Shown in pieces: positions 1 to 12,680 of a stretch of 64,000 nucleotides of DNA (positions within the stretch are counted from its first letter, which is position 1; each line of letters begins with the position of its first letter). Origin of the DNA: Eledone cirrhosa (Eukaryota); NCBI GenBank assembly GCA_964016885.1, contig OZ024745.1, positions 47,988,001 through 48,052,000 of the forward strand. Direction: 5' to 3'. The notes beneath the pieces are model-generated. The model was not told the DNA's origin. It searched no databases and was given only the letters and a program-made list of their open reading frames with translations. Position numbers and translations under genes: made by a program.

Positions 1-712
1 AATTCCAAGTGTGGTCGTACCATAGCTGTATACAGTTTTAAATAGATGGCTGGAGAGTGGCTAACAAAGGTCTTGCTGAGTGATGCCAAGACACCCTCGG
101 CCTTCTTGACAATCTTAGAGACATGCTTTGTCCAACGCAAATCGCTGCTGACAGTAATGCCCAGGTCACGTTCACAAGAGGACTTCTTGATATCAGTGTT
201 GTGGAGGGAGTATGTGGACGCTGGATTTTTCCTTCCAAAATGCATGGTGGTACACTTGTCCACAGCCAGCTTCAGTTGCCAGTCTGTGATCCATTGCTGC
301 ATTGTGTCCAGGTCTGATTGTAGGAAAGAGTTGTAAATTTCAGGATCAGTCCTTTTGATTTCAAGGTACAGCTTCATGTCATCTGCATATTTCAGTACCG
401 TGGCATTCTGTAAGTTGGCATCTATGTCATTAATATATGCCACAAACAAAAGGGGACCAAGAACAGATCCCTGTGATACACCAGATGACATCTCATATGG
501 TGAAGAATGCTGTCCTAGAACCGTGACTACTTCTTTTCGGCTGAGAATGAAGGATTTCAACCAGTTGAAAAGATCATCCCTCACACCCATTGCAGAGAGT
601 TTTGCCATAAGTCTTTTGTGTGGCACAGAATTAAAAGCCTTAGCAAAGTCAAGGTAAACAACATCCACCCATGAGCCGCTGTCAGTGATCCGGGTGATGT
701 CTCTCGATAAGC
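1..712 (-). mobile_element. CR1/L2-clade LINE ORF2 reverse transcriptase fragment, 5'-truncated, runs off the left edge
   Basis: The minus-strand frame is open to the window edge: YLDFAKAFNSVPHKRL...GVSQGSVLGPLLFVAYINDI...KYADDMKLY...RDLGITVSSDLRW...LYTAMVRPHLE, all canonical CR1 RT motifs. Confidence 0.9.
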
Positions 713-1179
713 TGATCACAGAATGAGATAGAATGAGAAATAAAAATGAAAAAGTAAAAAAGAGAACGAGAAGGAACGAAAAAACATTTTTTTAGTGACA
801 GCAGGTATATCCAGTCAGCCATATATATATACTAGCATAGTACCTGTCAAAAATGCTTAAATCTTCAATTTTTCCTGGACATGCTCCTCCCTCTTGTCTC
901 GTCATGACTATATTTCATTTTTACATTCATCTAAATCAATTTCAAATATAGATACACGGGAAAATATAGATTGACATGCAGGAAGATATATAGAGAGAGA
1001 AAGAGAGGTTGACAGATAGTGAAATATTTTTTTCAGTCTGAAGATAGATACATAAGTAGCTAGTTAGCTAGCTATTGCCAACCATCTTGTCAAACCGTGA
1101 GAGGTGGGGAGGGAGGAAGACAAATCTAGCACGAAGTGGTTGTAACTTGATTCCTCTGTTTTATTAATTTGATATATAC

Positions 1180-1635
1180 ATCATCATTTTACGTCCGCTT
1201 TTCCCTGCTTGCAAGGAAGGGACGGGAACTGATTCTGGCTTAATTTCTACAGCTGGATGCCCTTCCTAACACCAACCTCATTTACAGTGAGTGCTGGGTG
1301 CTTTTTCTTCCGTGGCGCCTACACATCCACTTTACAGTGTAGGCTGGGTGCTTTTTTTGCCGTGGCACCTCCATGACCACTTTGATGATAGGGAGCCCTG
1401 TCCTATCATCTCATTTCTACAGCTGAATAAACTGGAGCAATGTGAAATAGTGTCTTGCTCAAGGAAACAACACATCACCAGGTCTGAGAATTGAACTCAC
1501 AACCTTTCGATTGCAAGGCCAATGTTTTAACCACTAAGTCATGTGTCCCCATAAAAGCAAGGCGTGTTGAGGTTGACAGGAGTCGAACACGTGATCACTA
1601 GTTTCCTAGTCTAATACGCTACCCAATGACCCACA
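1180..1635 (-). mobile_element. Cluster of SINE fragments (RTE-type tail and tRNA-derived heads)
   Basis: Contains the reverse complement of 'ggtgttaggaagggcatccagctgtag' and 'ggacgtaaaatgatgatg', shared with the RTE 3' end at 37800-37948, plus A/B-box-like tRNA heads at about 1480-1545 and 1570-1635. Confidence 0.6.
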
Positions 1636-2744
1636 AGGGAGTATTTATATATTTGAAATGTAGCCATTCTAATGTAAATGACCATAAAAATAGACAATCA
1701 CTATAAATAACAGTTGAGAACATTGACTAAAGTACCCCTGAAGAAGGGAAAATGGGGACAGAGTAATTTGAGGGTTAATAGATTGTTTTACAGCACAATG
1801 CCAAACAGCTATATTAGGAAAATGATCAAGAAATAGTTTTACAACCCTCGATTTTTGTTTTAGCATTACAGGTGATTTCACATTCTCTTTTAGGTACTAT
1901 ATTGAAAACCCACCAATTATATACAGTTAGAAGATTCATCAATTGTTGCCTTCAAGTAGACTAGAACATTTGTCCCACTAATAGTAATATATTCATTCAT
2001 TAATTATATTTTAAACTACTCAGAAATTATATTTTTTAGTGCAAGAGAGAAGACTGCAGTGGTGTGGGCATGTTGTGTGTATGGTAAAGAAGTGCCACGA
2101 AATCCCAGTGAAAGGTAGCTAGTTGCAATAGAAGACCAAAGACTTAATAACAAATCGCTGAAACTCAGAGATGACAATAGGACAATGAATGGAAGGCTGT
2201 TGTGCTAGAAAAGTGGACGTAAAATGATGACTACTTATTTTCACATTTTGTTCCCTGTGGGGTGAGGACTATCTGCATATGACATGTAAGAGTATAGAAC
2301 ATACCAATTAACCCTTTTGATATGAAACTGCCCTTGGTTTTATGATACACAGTTGCATATTTTTAAACGTTTATAAAAAACCAACCATCATAATTTTATG
2401 TAAGAACATTTATTAAGTTATGCTCCAAAAATGAGAAAGTTACTTATTACTAAATGCTTCAATTTTTTTTATTATTTTAAAAATGATTTGAAAATTGTAA
2501 GCAGTGCCTTTCACCTATAACAATAAATGTGAATTCCTGTCTGTGTGCGTGTATGTCCACAGAAAATAACTTGGGCTCCAGTGTCTAACCCAACATATTT
2601 TTGGAATCAGTATAATCCCAGGAACGTTTTTCCAACTAACATATTGACAGGAAGCACAATAAAAACACCAAACACCTTGTGCATTAAATTCTGTTCATTT
2701 GCAAAGAAATCAGAAATTTATGATAGAAAGACTATGGAAAAGTT

Positions 2745-3070
2745 GGATGCCGGTTGGTTATGTGAGCTACTGCGAAGCCGAATTCCAGGACGCCGTACTG
2801 AGCATCAATCTTGTCCTGGGCTTTGCTGCCTGCAATGCAGAGCAGAGGAGGATAATTACTGGGCCATGATAGACTGCTTCCTCTTTGTACTAGTCGCAGT
2901 TGAAACCTCTGGTGTCCTTGGTCCTCGCACTGCTGATTTCCTCCCCAAAATCAGAAAGACAGCAGCCCGCTTGAGGAGGGAGCCATGTGAGGTAGGGGTA
3001 GCTGTTGCAGTGGGTATCCCTAGTCATTCTCCACGATAATGCCTTTCCATTGTGTCCACAGGGCACGGCT
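2745..3070 (+). mobile_element. CRE-type (RLE) non-LTR retrotransposon 3' fragment
   Basis: FLFVLVAVETSGVLGPRTADFLPKIRKTAARLRREPCE matches the RLE C-terminus and is near-identical to the copy at 25180-25300. Confidence 0.7.
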
Positions 3071-5689
3071 GAGGTACTGCTCAGACTGGAGTGTAGTATC
3101 TTCCCTCTGCCTTTCTTTTGTCGCTTGATTCTTTTCTTTTTTGTTCACTTTAATAGTGTGTTTTGTTTTGTATAAATAGCTTTGTAAAATAAATAGCAAT
3201 TATTATTTGTTTTTTAAATGATAGTTGTGTTTAATGAAATACAAAATCGAATGATGTGGATGTATTGAAAGGCTACCTTGAGAGTGGCTTTTAAGTTAGT
3301 TTGAAACGTTAATAAAAGAGTTAGTATCGTATGTCAAATCCGTGTAGGGCCTACCTTTGTACACAATATATAGTTCTAATAACCCGAAAGTATTTTACTT
3401 TGTCATTTTCAGTGACATATCAATTAAAGGATTTTTGATTTCTTTTTTTATTGGCCGTTTCTTTAGAGCGTTGTTATTAAGATGAGAAATTATAAACAAA
3501 TATAATATCTGAGAAAGTGAAAGCGGCACGCTATACTCCAAGACCACCTACTACTTTTCTTACCTAGTTTAGTCCTCAATAGTGACTTTCCACAAGAAAC
3601 ATTTAAAGTAGACCTGTATTATGAACCCCATTGAAAGCAAAGTTTTTAATATTGCGTATAAAATATAGCAAGCAATCACTTTTTTTTTTATATGGTATTA
3701 GTTTGATGACATTTAAAACTGAATTTGAACTAGGAGGTAATAGTAAATATTGTTAAACATAATACAATTTCCGTGTTTTCAAGTATGTTATAAAAAGATC
3801 GGGAGTGTATCTAAAATGTATTAAAAGCAACAGCTTTCAGTTTTAATGAAGGTCACATCAACCTTCAACGGATCCCTTTCCGTGATTGAGCGCACATATT
3901 TTTAAAGGAAGGAAACAAGACACGAACAAGTTTCCCTTAAATAAACCTTTATTTACAGTAGCAATAATAATGACAAAGTTTCCCTTTGTTCTTAAATACA
4001 AACAAAATTACAGAAACTGCGCTTATTTAAAATATGATAAAGAGTGACATATCAAAAGAGTATTTATATAGAAACAAAATTTTAAAATAAAATCTTAGGA
4101 GAATGTTAAGATTATGCAATATCCTAAGATTAATCCAATTAATAAACACGGAACCAAAACTAATTTCTGACGAAAGACAAAACCTTTCACATTGGAATAA
4201 GATAGTGTGATGGGGTTCATGTTTTTCTCAAAAGAATGACATGCTTAGAAACCAAATCAACTTATTTTTTCGTTTTGATTGTATATTTTTGTCTATTATA
4301 TTTATAAGGTCTCTAGCAATAATTAATTGATTATATGTATTTCTATTTAATTTTATATATTTGTTGCATGGTAATAAACTAAAATTTCATTTGTTATCAT
4401 GAAGGAAACTTTAAAATTAACCAAAATCGATGTCGAGTATCATTGACTACAGATCTTGTACGAAGAAAATTAAAATAAGACTGATTCACCGAAATCATTT
4501 CACTCGTTGACTCATATAATATATGTGTGTGTGCTTGTTATATATGTATAGCCAACGAGGGATTCCTACCCCGTATACGCAAAGAATCCAGTGATGAGTA
4601 GGACGAAATATTTTCATTTATCTGCATTTAATATTCCAAATTTCTTCCAAAAGTAAAAAGTAAGCTCCTCATATTGATCGGGAATGGGGATAAGATAATG
4701 TGGTAGTGTTCATACCTTTCTCAAACGATCAAAATTAAATTTAATTTTCAATAACGCTTCAGATTTTAAAAGCTGCGGCGATCATTAGAGATGCGATTTC
4801 AATAATTCCGAACAAAGTTGAAACTCGTAAACTTAACTAAAACATACGACCGCAACACGAAATGTTATTCGAAAATTCATAGCAAATTTCTCAAAGTATC
4901 GTTTATATTGCACTCGGTACGTTTAGTGAAATTCAGCTATACATTCTTATTAACGTGACAATAAAAAAAGTCCATAAAAGAAATTGAGACACTAATTAAT
5001 CTATTAATCTAATTAAACTAATCACACGTGTCTACTCAAAATATAAGCTAGTACTTCGCTAATGAAGCACATTTCTAATAGATAAAGAAAATTACATCCC
5101 AGAAATACGATATAGGATATGATTAGCCAAATATATTAATGCACTGAATGACTTGAGGTTGCATATTCAAATGATACAATTTTTGAGGAGTACTAAGATA
5201 AAAATATTGTCAAAGGAAACATTAGTTAAAACAACCAGGAAACAGCCTTGATAATTATCATAAATTGAAATAAATGTAAAAAGCCAATCGTTTAATTTAT
5301 GAAAGACCATATAGATCGTTTGGTAAAATAAAAAAAAATGATAAAAGAAATAAATGGTTTGTGTGTGATATGAACAGGGCAAGTCTTATATTGACTGAGA
5401 TGAATCTATTCTAATATTATGAAAAAAATTCAAATGTTTTAAAAAATCCTCAAGCGGAATTTCGGAATAAGCATTCCACGTATATCTATCTCCCTGTTCA
5501 AAATATAAATTCCAGAAGAAAAAAAAAGTTACATAATTTATGTGCGGGGGTCTATTCCGAAACTCCACTAACGACCATTAGTTATTTTCGGTTTGCAAAC
5601 CTTATGAAAATAGATTAATTACGGCATACAACATGCAAATATTTCAAAGAAAATAAAGGAGGGAAAAAATTATCTTAATCGATTGCTAC

Positions 5690-5863
5690 CTGCGCCTGTC
5701 CCGGTACTTGGGGAACCTGCATTTGACTTAATGCTTCACTCAAATCATGAATGTCGATAGAACCGTCTTTATTCACATCAAGACGGTTAAAAAGTTCTGA
5801 CAGTTTCTGTGTTTCTTCTTGTGGAAGATCATGATGAGAAATGTTAACCTGAGAAGACGACAT
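5690..5863 (-). CDS. SCaMC: Calcium-binding mitochondrial carrier (SCaMC, SLC25A24/25-like), first coding exon, EF-hand 1
   Basis: MSSSQVNISHHDLPQEETQKLSELFNRLDVNKDGSIDIHDLSEALSQMQVPQVPGQAQ contains the EF-hand loop DVNKDGSIDIHD. The exon ends at a phase-0 CAG|GTAGCA donor, as expected for SCaMC exon 1. No later exon was recognised in the window. Confidence 0.8.
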
Positions 5864-6546
5864 TTTAATAATCACATGAAATTCCACTTATTATGCTCGC
5901 AGAGAAGCAGAGTAAGACCGCAGCAAATGACGACTGACTACATTACAACCTGAAAACTTTATTATTCTTTTTTTTTTTTTTAAGTTATATATATATTGTT
6001 CCGTTATATTGGAATAAAAATTTCTGATTTTAAATTTAAGCAAAATAAAACATCACAATACATTTGCGAATATTTTTCGCAAGTTCAATTAATATTGATT
6101 AATGATTTTATTAGTAATAACTTATACATTTTTTTTCTTAGATATAAATTGTGGATTTTGTACCTATTATATTTTCATTTTATCTTAAGATTTACACGTG
6201 GAAAATAGCAATGAAAAGACGTGAAAATATCGCAAGTAGGAAATTACTTCAAGAAAAATAATGTTGAAAAAGATCTTTAAATTATTTTTATGACAATAAT
6301 CAAGATTTTAAACTGCATTTATTATTAATTAATGGAGCCAACAAGTACCCCCTACTACACGGTCGTTCGACCTGCTAGAAATATCAGTAACATTACACCA
6401 ACTCCTGGTCCTTTAGGATATCAATGACATAATCGAGAATGTAAATACATTCATTATATCGAACATGCTTCCGTTATATATTTTATTCATAGTTGTATAA
6501 ACAACATTACAACTTGTTTATAATTCTTATAAAATGGAAATATAAA

Positions 6547-7560
6547 CTGGCCCGGGCGAATATCCCCTCAGTCTTGGAACCATCTGGGTTGTCCAGAAGT
6601 GACGGCAAAAGACCTGACGGCCTTACCCCTGTGCCCCTGGTCGAGAGGCAGGTGCCTTGTCTGGGACGTCACTGTTAGTGACTCTTTTGCTCTTTCCCAT
6701 ATCCTGGATGCTGCAGTTAGGACGAGAGCCACAGCTTCTGCAGCCGACCGGAGTAAGACCCTCAAATACTCTGATCTGTTGGCCAGCTACATTTTTCAAC
6801 CTGTGGCTTTCGAGACGTTTGGGGGAGTCGGGCCGCTGGTTCCTCTCTTCACTGGCGGCTCGCCTAATAGAGGTGTAGCGACGTGGTTAGTCAGTCTGGT
6901 CACTACTTCTGATCAGATCCGAGAATAGCCCTTAGAAGGACTTTTATCGCATACGGTCTGATCAGATCTGAAAATAGCCCTTAAAAGGACTGTTGTCGCG
7001 TATAGCCCTTAAAAGAACTGTTGAGGATGGACAGACGAAAGCACAAGTTGAAAGGACGAAGCAAGGCGAGATGTAAATTCGATCAGCTATTTATTTTCAC
7101 ATGAAGCGACGATACGAGGTACAAGGCGTGTGTGAGTGACAAAGCGTGGCAGAGGTGAGGAACAATGATGCGCTAGCTGACTCTGCCAAAAGTCGACTGC
7201 TGAAGTGTTTGGAACCACTCTATTTATACAGAAACAATCGTTTGATGTTTAGCCGATGTGTAGGCGTTTATTCTGGTAGGTTTTAAGGGTTCTTTTGTTT
7301 CACGTTGAAGTAGCTAGCTAACAGGTAGATGGCGCTGTATATTTCACAGATGTTATTTCCGGTGGCTGTACAGAGGTAACTGGCGAGGGCGCTTGGCTGT
7401 TTCAGCGCATCAGCCTCGCCATCACCCGAGGCAACGCTGCGAGTGTGCTGGCTTGCCTAAAAAAATCATTAGAGAGGTTGCCCAGTACTCGCGACGTTGC
7501 TGTCTTTTGCTCTGGTGTTGGCTCGGTTGTTCACCCCTTCCTTTACCTTTTCTTTAATAT
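6547..7560 (+). mobile_element. CRE-type RLE retrotransposon 3' end, interrupted by a solo LTR
   Basis: LARANIPSVLEPSGLSRSDGKRPDG..WSRGRCLVWDVTVSD..KYSDL..FQPVAFETFGG is a PD..D restriction-like endonuclease. It resumes after 7376 as VTGEGAWLFQRISLAITRGNAASVLACL. Confidence 0.85.
6874..7372 (-). mobile_element. Solo LTR (499 bp), 4-bp TSD (Gypsy-like)
   Basis: Termini TGTA...TACA; TSD GAGG at 6870-6873 and 7373-7376; minus-strand TATAAATA near 7225 followed by AATAAA near 7091. Confidence 0.85.
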
Positions 7561-7814
7561 TGCAACATTAAAAGAATATATCTTTCTGAAAGAATCGCGA
7601 GCTATTTATAATGTTATCTAAGCATTTGTAATATTATTTATGTATATATTTAAAACATATTTGTTATGTTATTCCACTGTAAATTTATTTATATGCTCTG
7701 TTTATATTTTCATTCTGAAAGAATTGCAAACGATTTGTAATGTATTTATGAAATAAATACAATTAATTATTGATAGGAACCTCACACATATAATGCACAA
7801 AAATATATGATCAA

Positions 7815-10110
7815 AAGATGGCCATCAATTCGCCACAAGGATCATTACCGTGAGTGGTGGCAAGGATAAGGCCCCTACAACCCAGTTTCTCAATCATCGT
7901 CTTCGCGGTTGCAAGGACCCCCCCCCCCCCAACAAGCATCATTCAGATACCAGACATTCAGATCCAGGTTAACTCACATCTTGGTGACGTTATCAATGCT
8001 GAGTGCGAAAAGAACAGGTCAGAGTGGATCACCCTCTTGGACCCATGTAGCAGATTGGAGGAAATAGGCTTGCCAAGTATAGTAGTAAAGCTGAGGGACC
8101 GAATATAAGAGCGAGAACAGGTTGACGAAATAGGTGAGATTCTCCAAGAGCTCTAGACAAGCATCTCCGGCCGACAATGAGACACTATCCTTGAGGTGAT
8201 GAGGTTGTAGACCATCAATTCCTACACCAAAAAAGATACGATCACCTTCCTGATATTATCTGGGGGTGAAGACAGGTTGTAAATAACCTGGAGGATCGGG
8301 CCAGTGTAAGTGGTCACCAGGAGGGGCCAGAGGATGTTTCACTCTCAGTCGGTTGAATCAGTAGTGCTCTAGGCGAAGGGTGACAGAGAATAGATGAGGC
8401 GAACGGCCTTTTTAATGTCAAATTCATTGAAACTGGCGTTGGCGGTTTTCTTTAAGTTCGGTGATCATCCATTGATTGGAACTGAGTCGATCACCGTCCT
8501 GAGATGAGCAGTAGTTGGGGTTGAATCAAACAACTCGAAATGCCGTTTTAGGGAAGATGTGAGGGATCCGGGTTTCGCGTTGGATACGCGGAGAGAGACT
8601 AAGAGGAACAAAAATATTTTCTGCCAATCCGAAATGTCGTTGAATAGACACGTTCTTCAGTAGCTTGGAGAGAGCACGAGCGAATCTGGTCCGAGCTCCC
8701 TTTGGGATCCTGTTGATGAGTTTCAACTTAGACACGTCCCGGGGGGGGGGGGGGGCAGCGGCAAAATCCTCAACAGAGACCTGAACGTCAGAGCTAGATT
8801 TTGATCTGCAAAGTGGATCGGAGTTGAAATGGCATTGGTTACACGTCCAGTTTGAGAAACTTTTGGCTTGAACCTTAGTAATGCCAATTATAACGGCGGC
8901 GAAGATTCGAAACCGAATCTGAGCTTTCCCGCCTCTGGGACAAGCCGTGGTAACTTGTTTACGCTCAAGAGACTAACCCCTTTGGAGAGGCTAAACACAG
9001 GTCAGAGGTGTTTACGCCTGACAGAAAATAGGTCAGAAAGATATATCCATCTTTCTGACTTGTTTACGCTTGGCAAACTAATCCCTTGAGAGAGACTAAC
9101 CAAAGTTCAGAGGATATATCTATCCTTCTAACTTCAACTCTTATAAATACAGGGGTTGTTCACGCCTCGACAGAAAAGAAGTGGATACAGACAAGACAAG
9201 ACGTTTTTACAAGCTCTCGTCACGAAAAACCAGTCTGCCATTTATTCTCACCTTCCTGGCTGATCGCTGACTCCTGCAATACAAATAAGTAAATATACCG
9301 ATACGCCGCACACACGCATTCATAGTGAGTCCAGTATTTGTACACGCACCATTCATTTCTGTTTACACATATTATAATCGTATTCTGTGATATTTGAATT
9401 TACCTGGCTCGAAGAGCCACCAAATTATTGTATGAATATTTTGTGTCAATTATTTTATCATTCAATATTCAAATTGAATATTGTTGTAATAAAATAAACT
9501 TTGTAACAACACACTCCTGGTATTTTTCTTTACATCGAAACCACCATACCAACAGTTACATCCATCCACTTATCGTTACAACCACACATAATATTCCGTT
9601 ACACCAACGTAACTCCTGTGTTAGTTTAGGCAACAGGAGTGACATTCGGTGGTCTTTATCGACTAGTACGTGAACAGAGAGCGCAGTTTGATGGTGAATT
9701 GGCAGCATTAGAATTAGGATTCAGATGGGGGGTAGGTTAACGATAGAGGTAGGAACCGGGTGATCAGCATTAACTCTGGCAGTGGGGCTCGGTTGGAGGA
9801 AGGTGACGTTGGAGGTAAGCTAGCTGTTGCGAGTGTGATGGGGTGAATAAAGAGATACAAGTTAGCTCGCTTCGAATGTGGTGGTGGTGTTGGAGAACGG
9901 GAGGACAAAGACTGATAGTATGTCACGAAATCCTTTAACCATGCGGGCTTCCTGGTCACTCGGCGCACGACCTTAAAATAATTTAGATTTAAATCTAAAT
10001 AGTGACATCTTTTTTTCAACCGACCATCAGTGTTACATCTACCGTCGGATGGGCATGTAAAAGGGGTTAATGGACCGCACGAGGAAGTTGGGAGCGAGCT
10101 AAAACAGAAA
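7815..10110 (-). mobile_element. Degenerate CRE-type non-LTR retrotransposon, 5' part (PHD-like finger and RT), interrupted by a solo LTR
   Basis: Minus-strand fragments: CALC..CHSC..HRSY|VGITKVQAKSFSNWTCNQC; RIPKGARTRFARALSKLL; GIDGLQPHHLKD; VQEGDPL*PVLFALSID; NVWYLND (decayed YLDD). Confidence 0.75.
8889..9603 (+). mobile_element. Solo LTR (715 bp), 5-bp TSD
   Basis: Termini TATAACGG (probably TGTAACGG ancestrally)...CCGTTACA; TSD CCAAT at 8884-8888 and CCAAC at 9604-9608; TATAAATA near 9142; AATAAA near 9488. Confidence 0.8.
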
Positions 10111-10380
10111 TAAAATCTGTTTGTAGGGAAATGTATGTGTGTGTGTGTGTGCAAACATTTAAAACAGCAAATTCAACAACTGCAAAAATACAGTAGTGCT
10201 ATATTAAAACGTTGAAGAGGGGAAGCTGAAATCTGAAAGAGGAATTTTGAGATGTACCAAAGCGAGGAAAAGGGTGAAATGTTGAGATGGATGTGCAGGC
10301 CTGTCAACTCACCCAGTCCGACGGGGAGATCTCCCACTCATTTTGAGGTGGGTGACAGATGTCTTCTCTTGTGAAAGGGC

Positions 10381-10563
10381 GGTGGATTGGCAGTATCGGT
10401 AGAGGGTCGGACGCCATGTTTTGCTGCAAAGAGTTACGGCCTTTTATGGTCCGAGTTCAAATCCCGCCGAGGTTAACTTTGTCTTTCATCCTTACGGGGT
10501 CGATAAAATAAAGTAATACACTGGGATAATTGCTGGCCTTGTGCCAAAAGTAGAAACAATTAT
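10381..10563 (+). mobile_element. tRNA-derived SINE (dominant family in the window)
   Basis: A-box TGGCAGTATCGG, B-box GAGTTCAAATCC, central GTTAACTTTGYCTTTCATCCTTACGGGGTCGATAAAATAAAG and a tail GTGCCAAAAGTAGAAACAATTAT. Confidence 0.85.
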
Positions 10564-10771
10564 GTAAAATCTCCCCATTCTGCCTCATTTCGGGGCACTT
10601 TTTTTCATGAGTTTTTAAAGGTTGCCAGGTCTGCGTGTGTAAACATTAGAACCAGTAAATTCGATAAAAGTGCAAAAATAAAAGCGTGAGTTGTTAAAGT
10701 ATTGAAGAGAGGAAGCTGGAATTGAAGAAAGAATTTGAGATGTATCAAAGACTGGAGAGAAAATATATAAT

Positions 10772-11530
10772 AATTGTTTCTACTTTTGGCACAAGGCCAG
10801 CAATTCAATGTATTACTGGTACTTTATTTGGCGATACTTGGTTTTAGTGTCCTAAATTATCATCATCGACATTCAATTATTAGCTCCACCCACTACACGA
10901 TACGTCACGAAAGTAAATGTTTCGAAAAAATTTTAAACTGTATATCGCAACAATATATTGTTTAAAGAAATTTTTTTTCTGTTGTTAAAAACTGTAAATC
11001 TGTTTTAAAAAAAATGTATTTCGCAGCAATTTCTTTTCTGTTAAAATCTGTAAATAAATATTCATGTAAAAATGAAGCATAGTGTTTCTGTTAAAAACTT
11101 AAAAACTGTAAATAAATATTCATGTAAAAATGAAGCATAGTTTTTCTGTGAAAAACTGTAAATAAATATTTATTTTGTTCAAAAAATAAATCAAAAATTA
11201 ATTTTCTGTTAATATTTTAATAAATATTTATTCTAAAAATTCAATTTTTTTTCGTGTAAAAATGAAGCATGTAAGAAAATGAACATGTAAAAATCAAGCC
11301 GCAGCAGCGTGATGATGTGTCGACGTATCGTGTAGTGGGTGGAGTTAATAATTAAATGTCGATGATGATAATTTAGGACACTAAAACCAAGTATCGCCCT
11401 TTATTTTATCGACCGCGTAAGGATGAAGGCAAAATTAACCTCGGCGGGATTTGAACTCAGATCATAAAGGGCCGCAACTCTATGCTGCAAAACATGGTGT
11501 CCGACTCTCTACCGATACTGTCAACTACCG
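10772..11530 (-). mobile_element. Same SINE family, split by a MITE
   Basis: The SINE tail at 10772-10829 and the body/head at 11407-11530 join seamlessly once the insert is removed. Confidence 0.85.
10830..11398. mobile_element. Non-autonomous DNA transposon (Merlin-like MITE), about 77-bp TIRs, 8-bp TSD
   Basis: TIR GGCGATACTTGGTTTTAGTGTCCTAAATTATCATCATCGACAT... at both ends; TSD CTTTATTT at 10822-10829 and 11399-11406; AT-rich tandem repeats inside. Confidence 0.85.
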
Positions 11531-12089
11531 TGAAACACGTGTTAAGCGTGATTACGGATAAAATGTTAAACTGAAACTTCGATCACTCAGTCCTGGTATA
11601 TATTTCTTTTCGGAACAGTATTTGATTGGCATTAAACAGGGAATTGAAGCAACCGACCAAAGAAGCTTTTCTTGGTTCAACATGGTATGATGTGACCCGA
11701 AAGAAATAGTTTTCTCGTCTTCTCTTTAACCTTATTAGATTGTATGTTGTCTTTTTTCCCCCGCTTAGATCGTATACTTCTGTGTATTATATCTATAAGG
11801 TTCCATGTGAAACACCGTGACTATAAAACAATCTCCCGTGGATATTGACCCGAAACTGTAATAAAATATTTGAACATGCTAAAAAAATAAAAAAGTATAT
11901 GAAGACGTTAATGAACAGAATTATACAACAATGAAAATGAAATGGTTAGATTTGAAACTACGAATATTTTTAAAGATTATATATATTTTTTTAATTATTC
12001 ACCAACGTAATCGTAATCTACCATCATGGAAAACTCATCGCTTCAAAGTTTCGTTTAATGCATTATTAAGAAAGTTTTGAGGAAACTAG

Positions 12090-12405
12090 ACCACGTTCAC
12101 TTAAAATATTTTTTAAAAATCATGTACACTTAAAAAATAATTTTTAAATAATTAAAATATACAGACATGTATATAATGTAAAATGAAATATGTATGTCTC
12201 TTCCATTTTCCTTCTCTCTCTATGTTTCTGAATCTACTCTTTCACAACCACTTTATCTCTCTATTTATGAAGGTACCCGGAAAAAAAACCCCGTATTTCA
12301 GGAAACTTGTTTTATTCCATTTGTATTCCCATTTCAAGGACAACTTCCTTTCAAAGTATTTTCCCATTATGCGCCATATCGGCTGTATTGAATAACAGAC
12401 AAGAC
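12090..12405 (+). mobile_element. Fragment of a Helitron/Helentron-like non-autonomous repeat
   Basis: Homologous to the reverse complement of 28010-28530 (…ccatttcaaggacaacttcctttcaaagtattttcccattatg…). Confidence 0.55.
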
Positions 12406-12499
12406 ACAATCATTGAGTTTTAGTAGATAGAGCTACGGTTAAAATGGGAGAAGGGGTTCATTGCATCCATAGTTGAACTTAATAAATTTCTATAATAAC

Positions 12500-12680
12500 G
12501 AGATTTGTCGATAAACTACATTTTTCAACCTGTGATATTTGAGACTTTTGAGGGAACTAGGCCACTGATGAGGTTATTGTCATGGTTGGCAGCTCACCTT
12601 ACTGGAGTATCAGGTGTTGCTTATGAGAATACTTGGTTATCCCAGTGCCTGAGTTTCGCTATCTACTGCAACAATGACAA
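12500..12680 (+). mobile_element. Degenerate CRE-type RLE 3' fragment
   Basis: YIFQPVIFETFEG...LAAHLTGVSG...WLSQCLSFAI aligns to the 6790-7440 copy. Confidence 0.65.

Noticed and set aside
1570-1635. tRNA-like sequence on the minus strand
   Set aside because: A- and B-box-like motifs are present, but there is no convincing cloverleaf or acceptor stem. It is best read as a SINE head.
9900-9980. RRVTRKPAWLKDFVT as a Gypsy integrase C-terminus
   Set aside because: No integrase core, PPT or adjoining LTR was found. It lies just upstream of the PHD-like finger and fits the N-terminus of the CRE-type ORF better.
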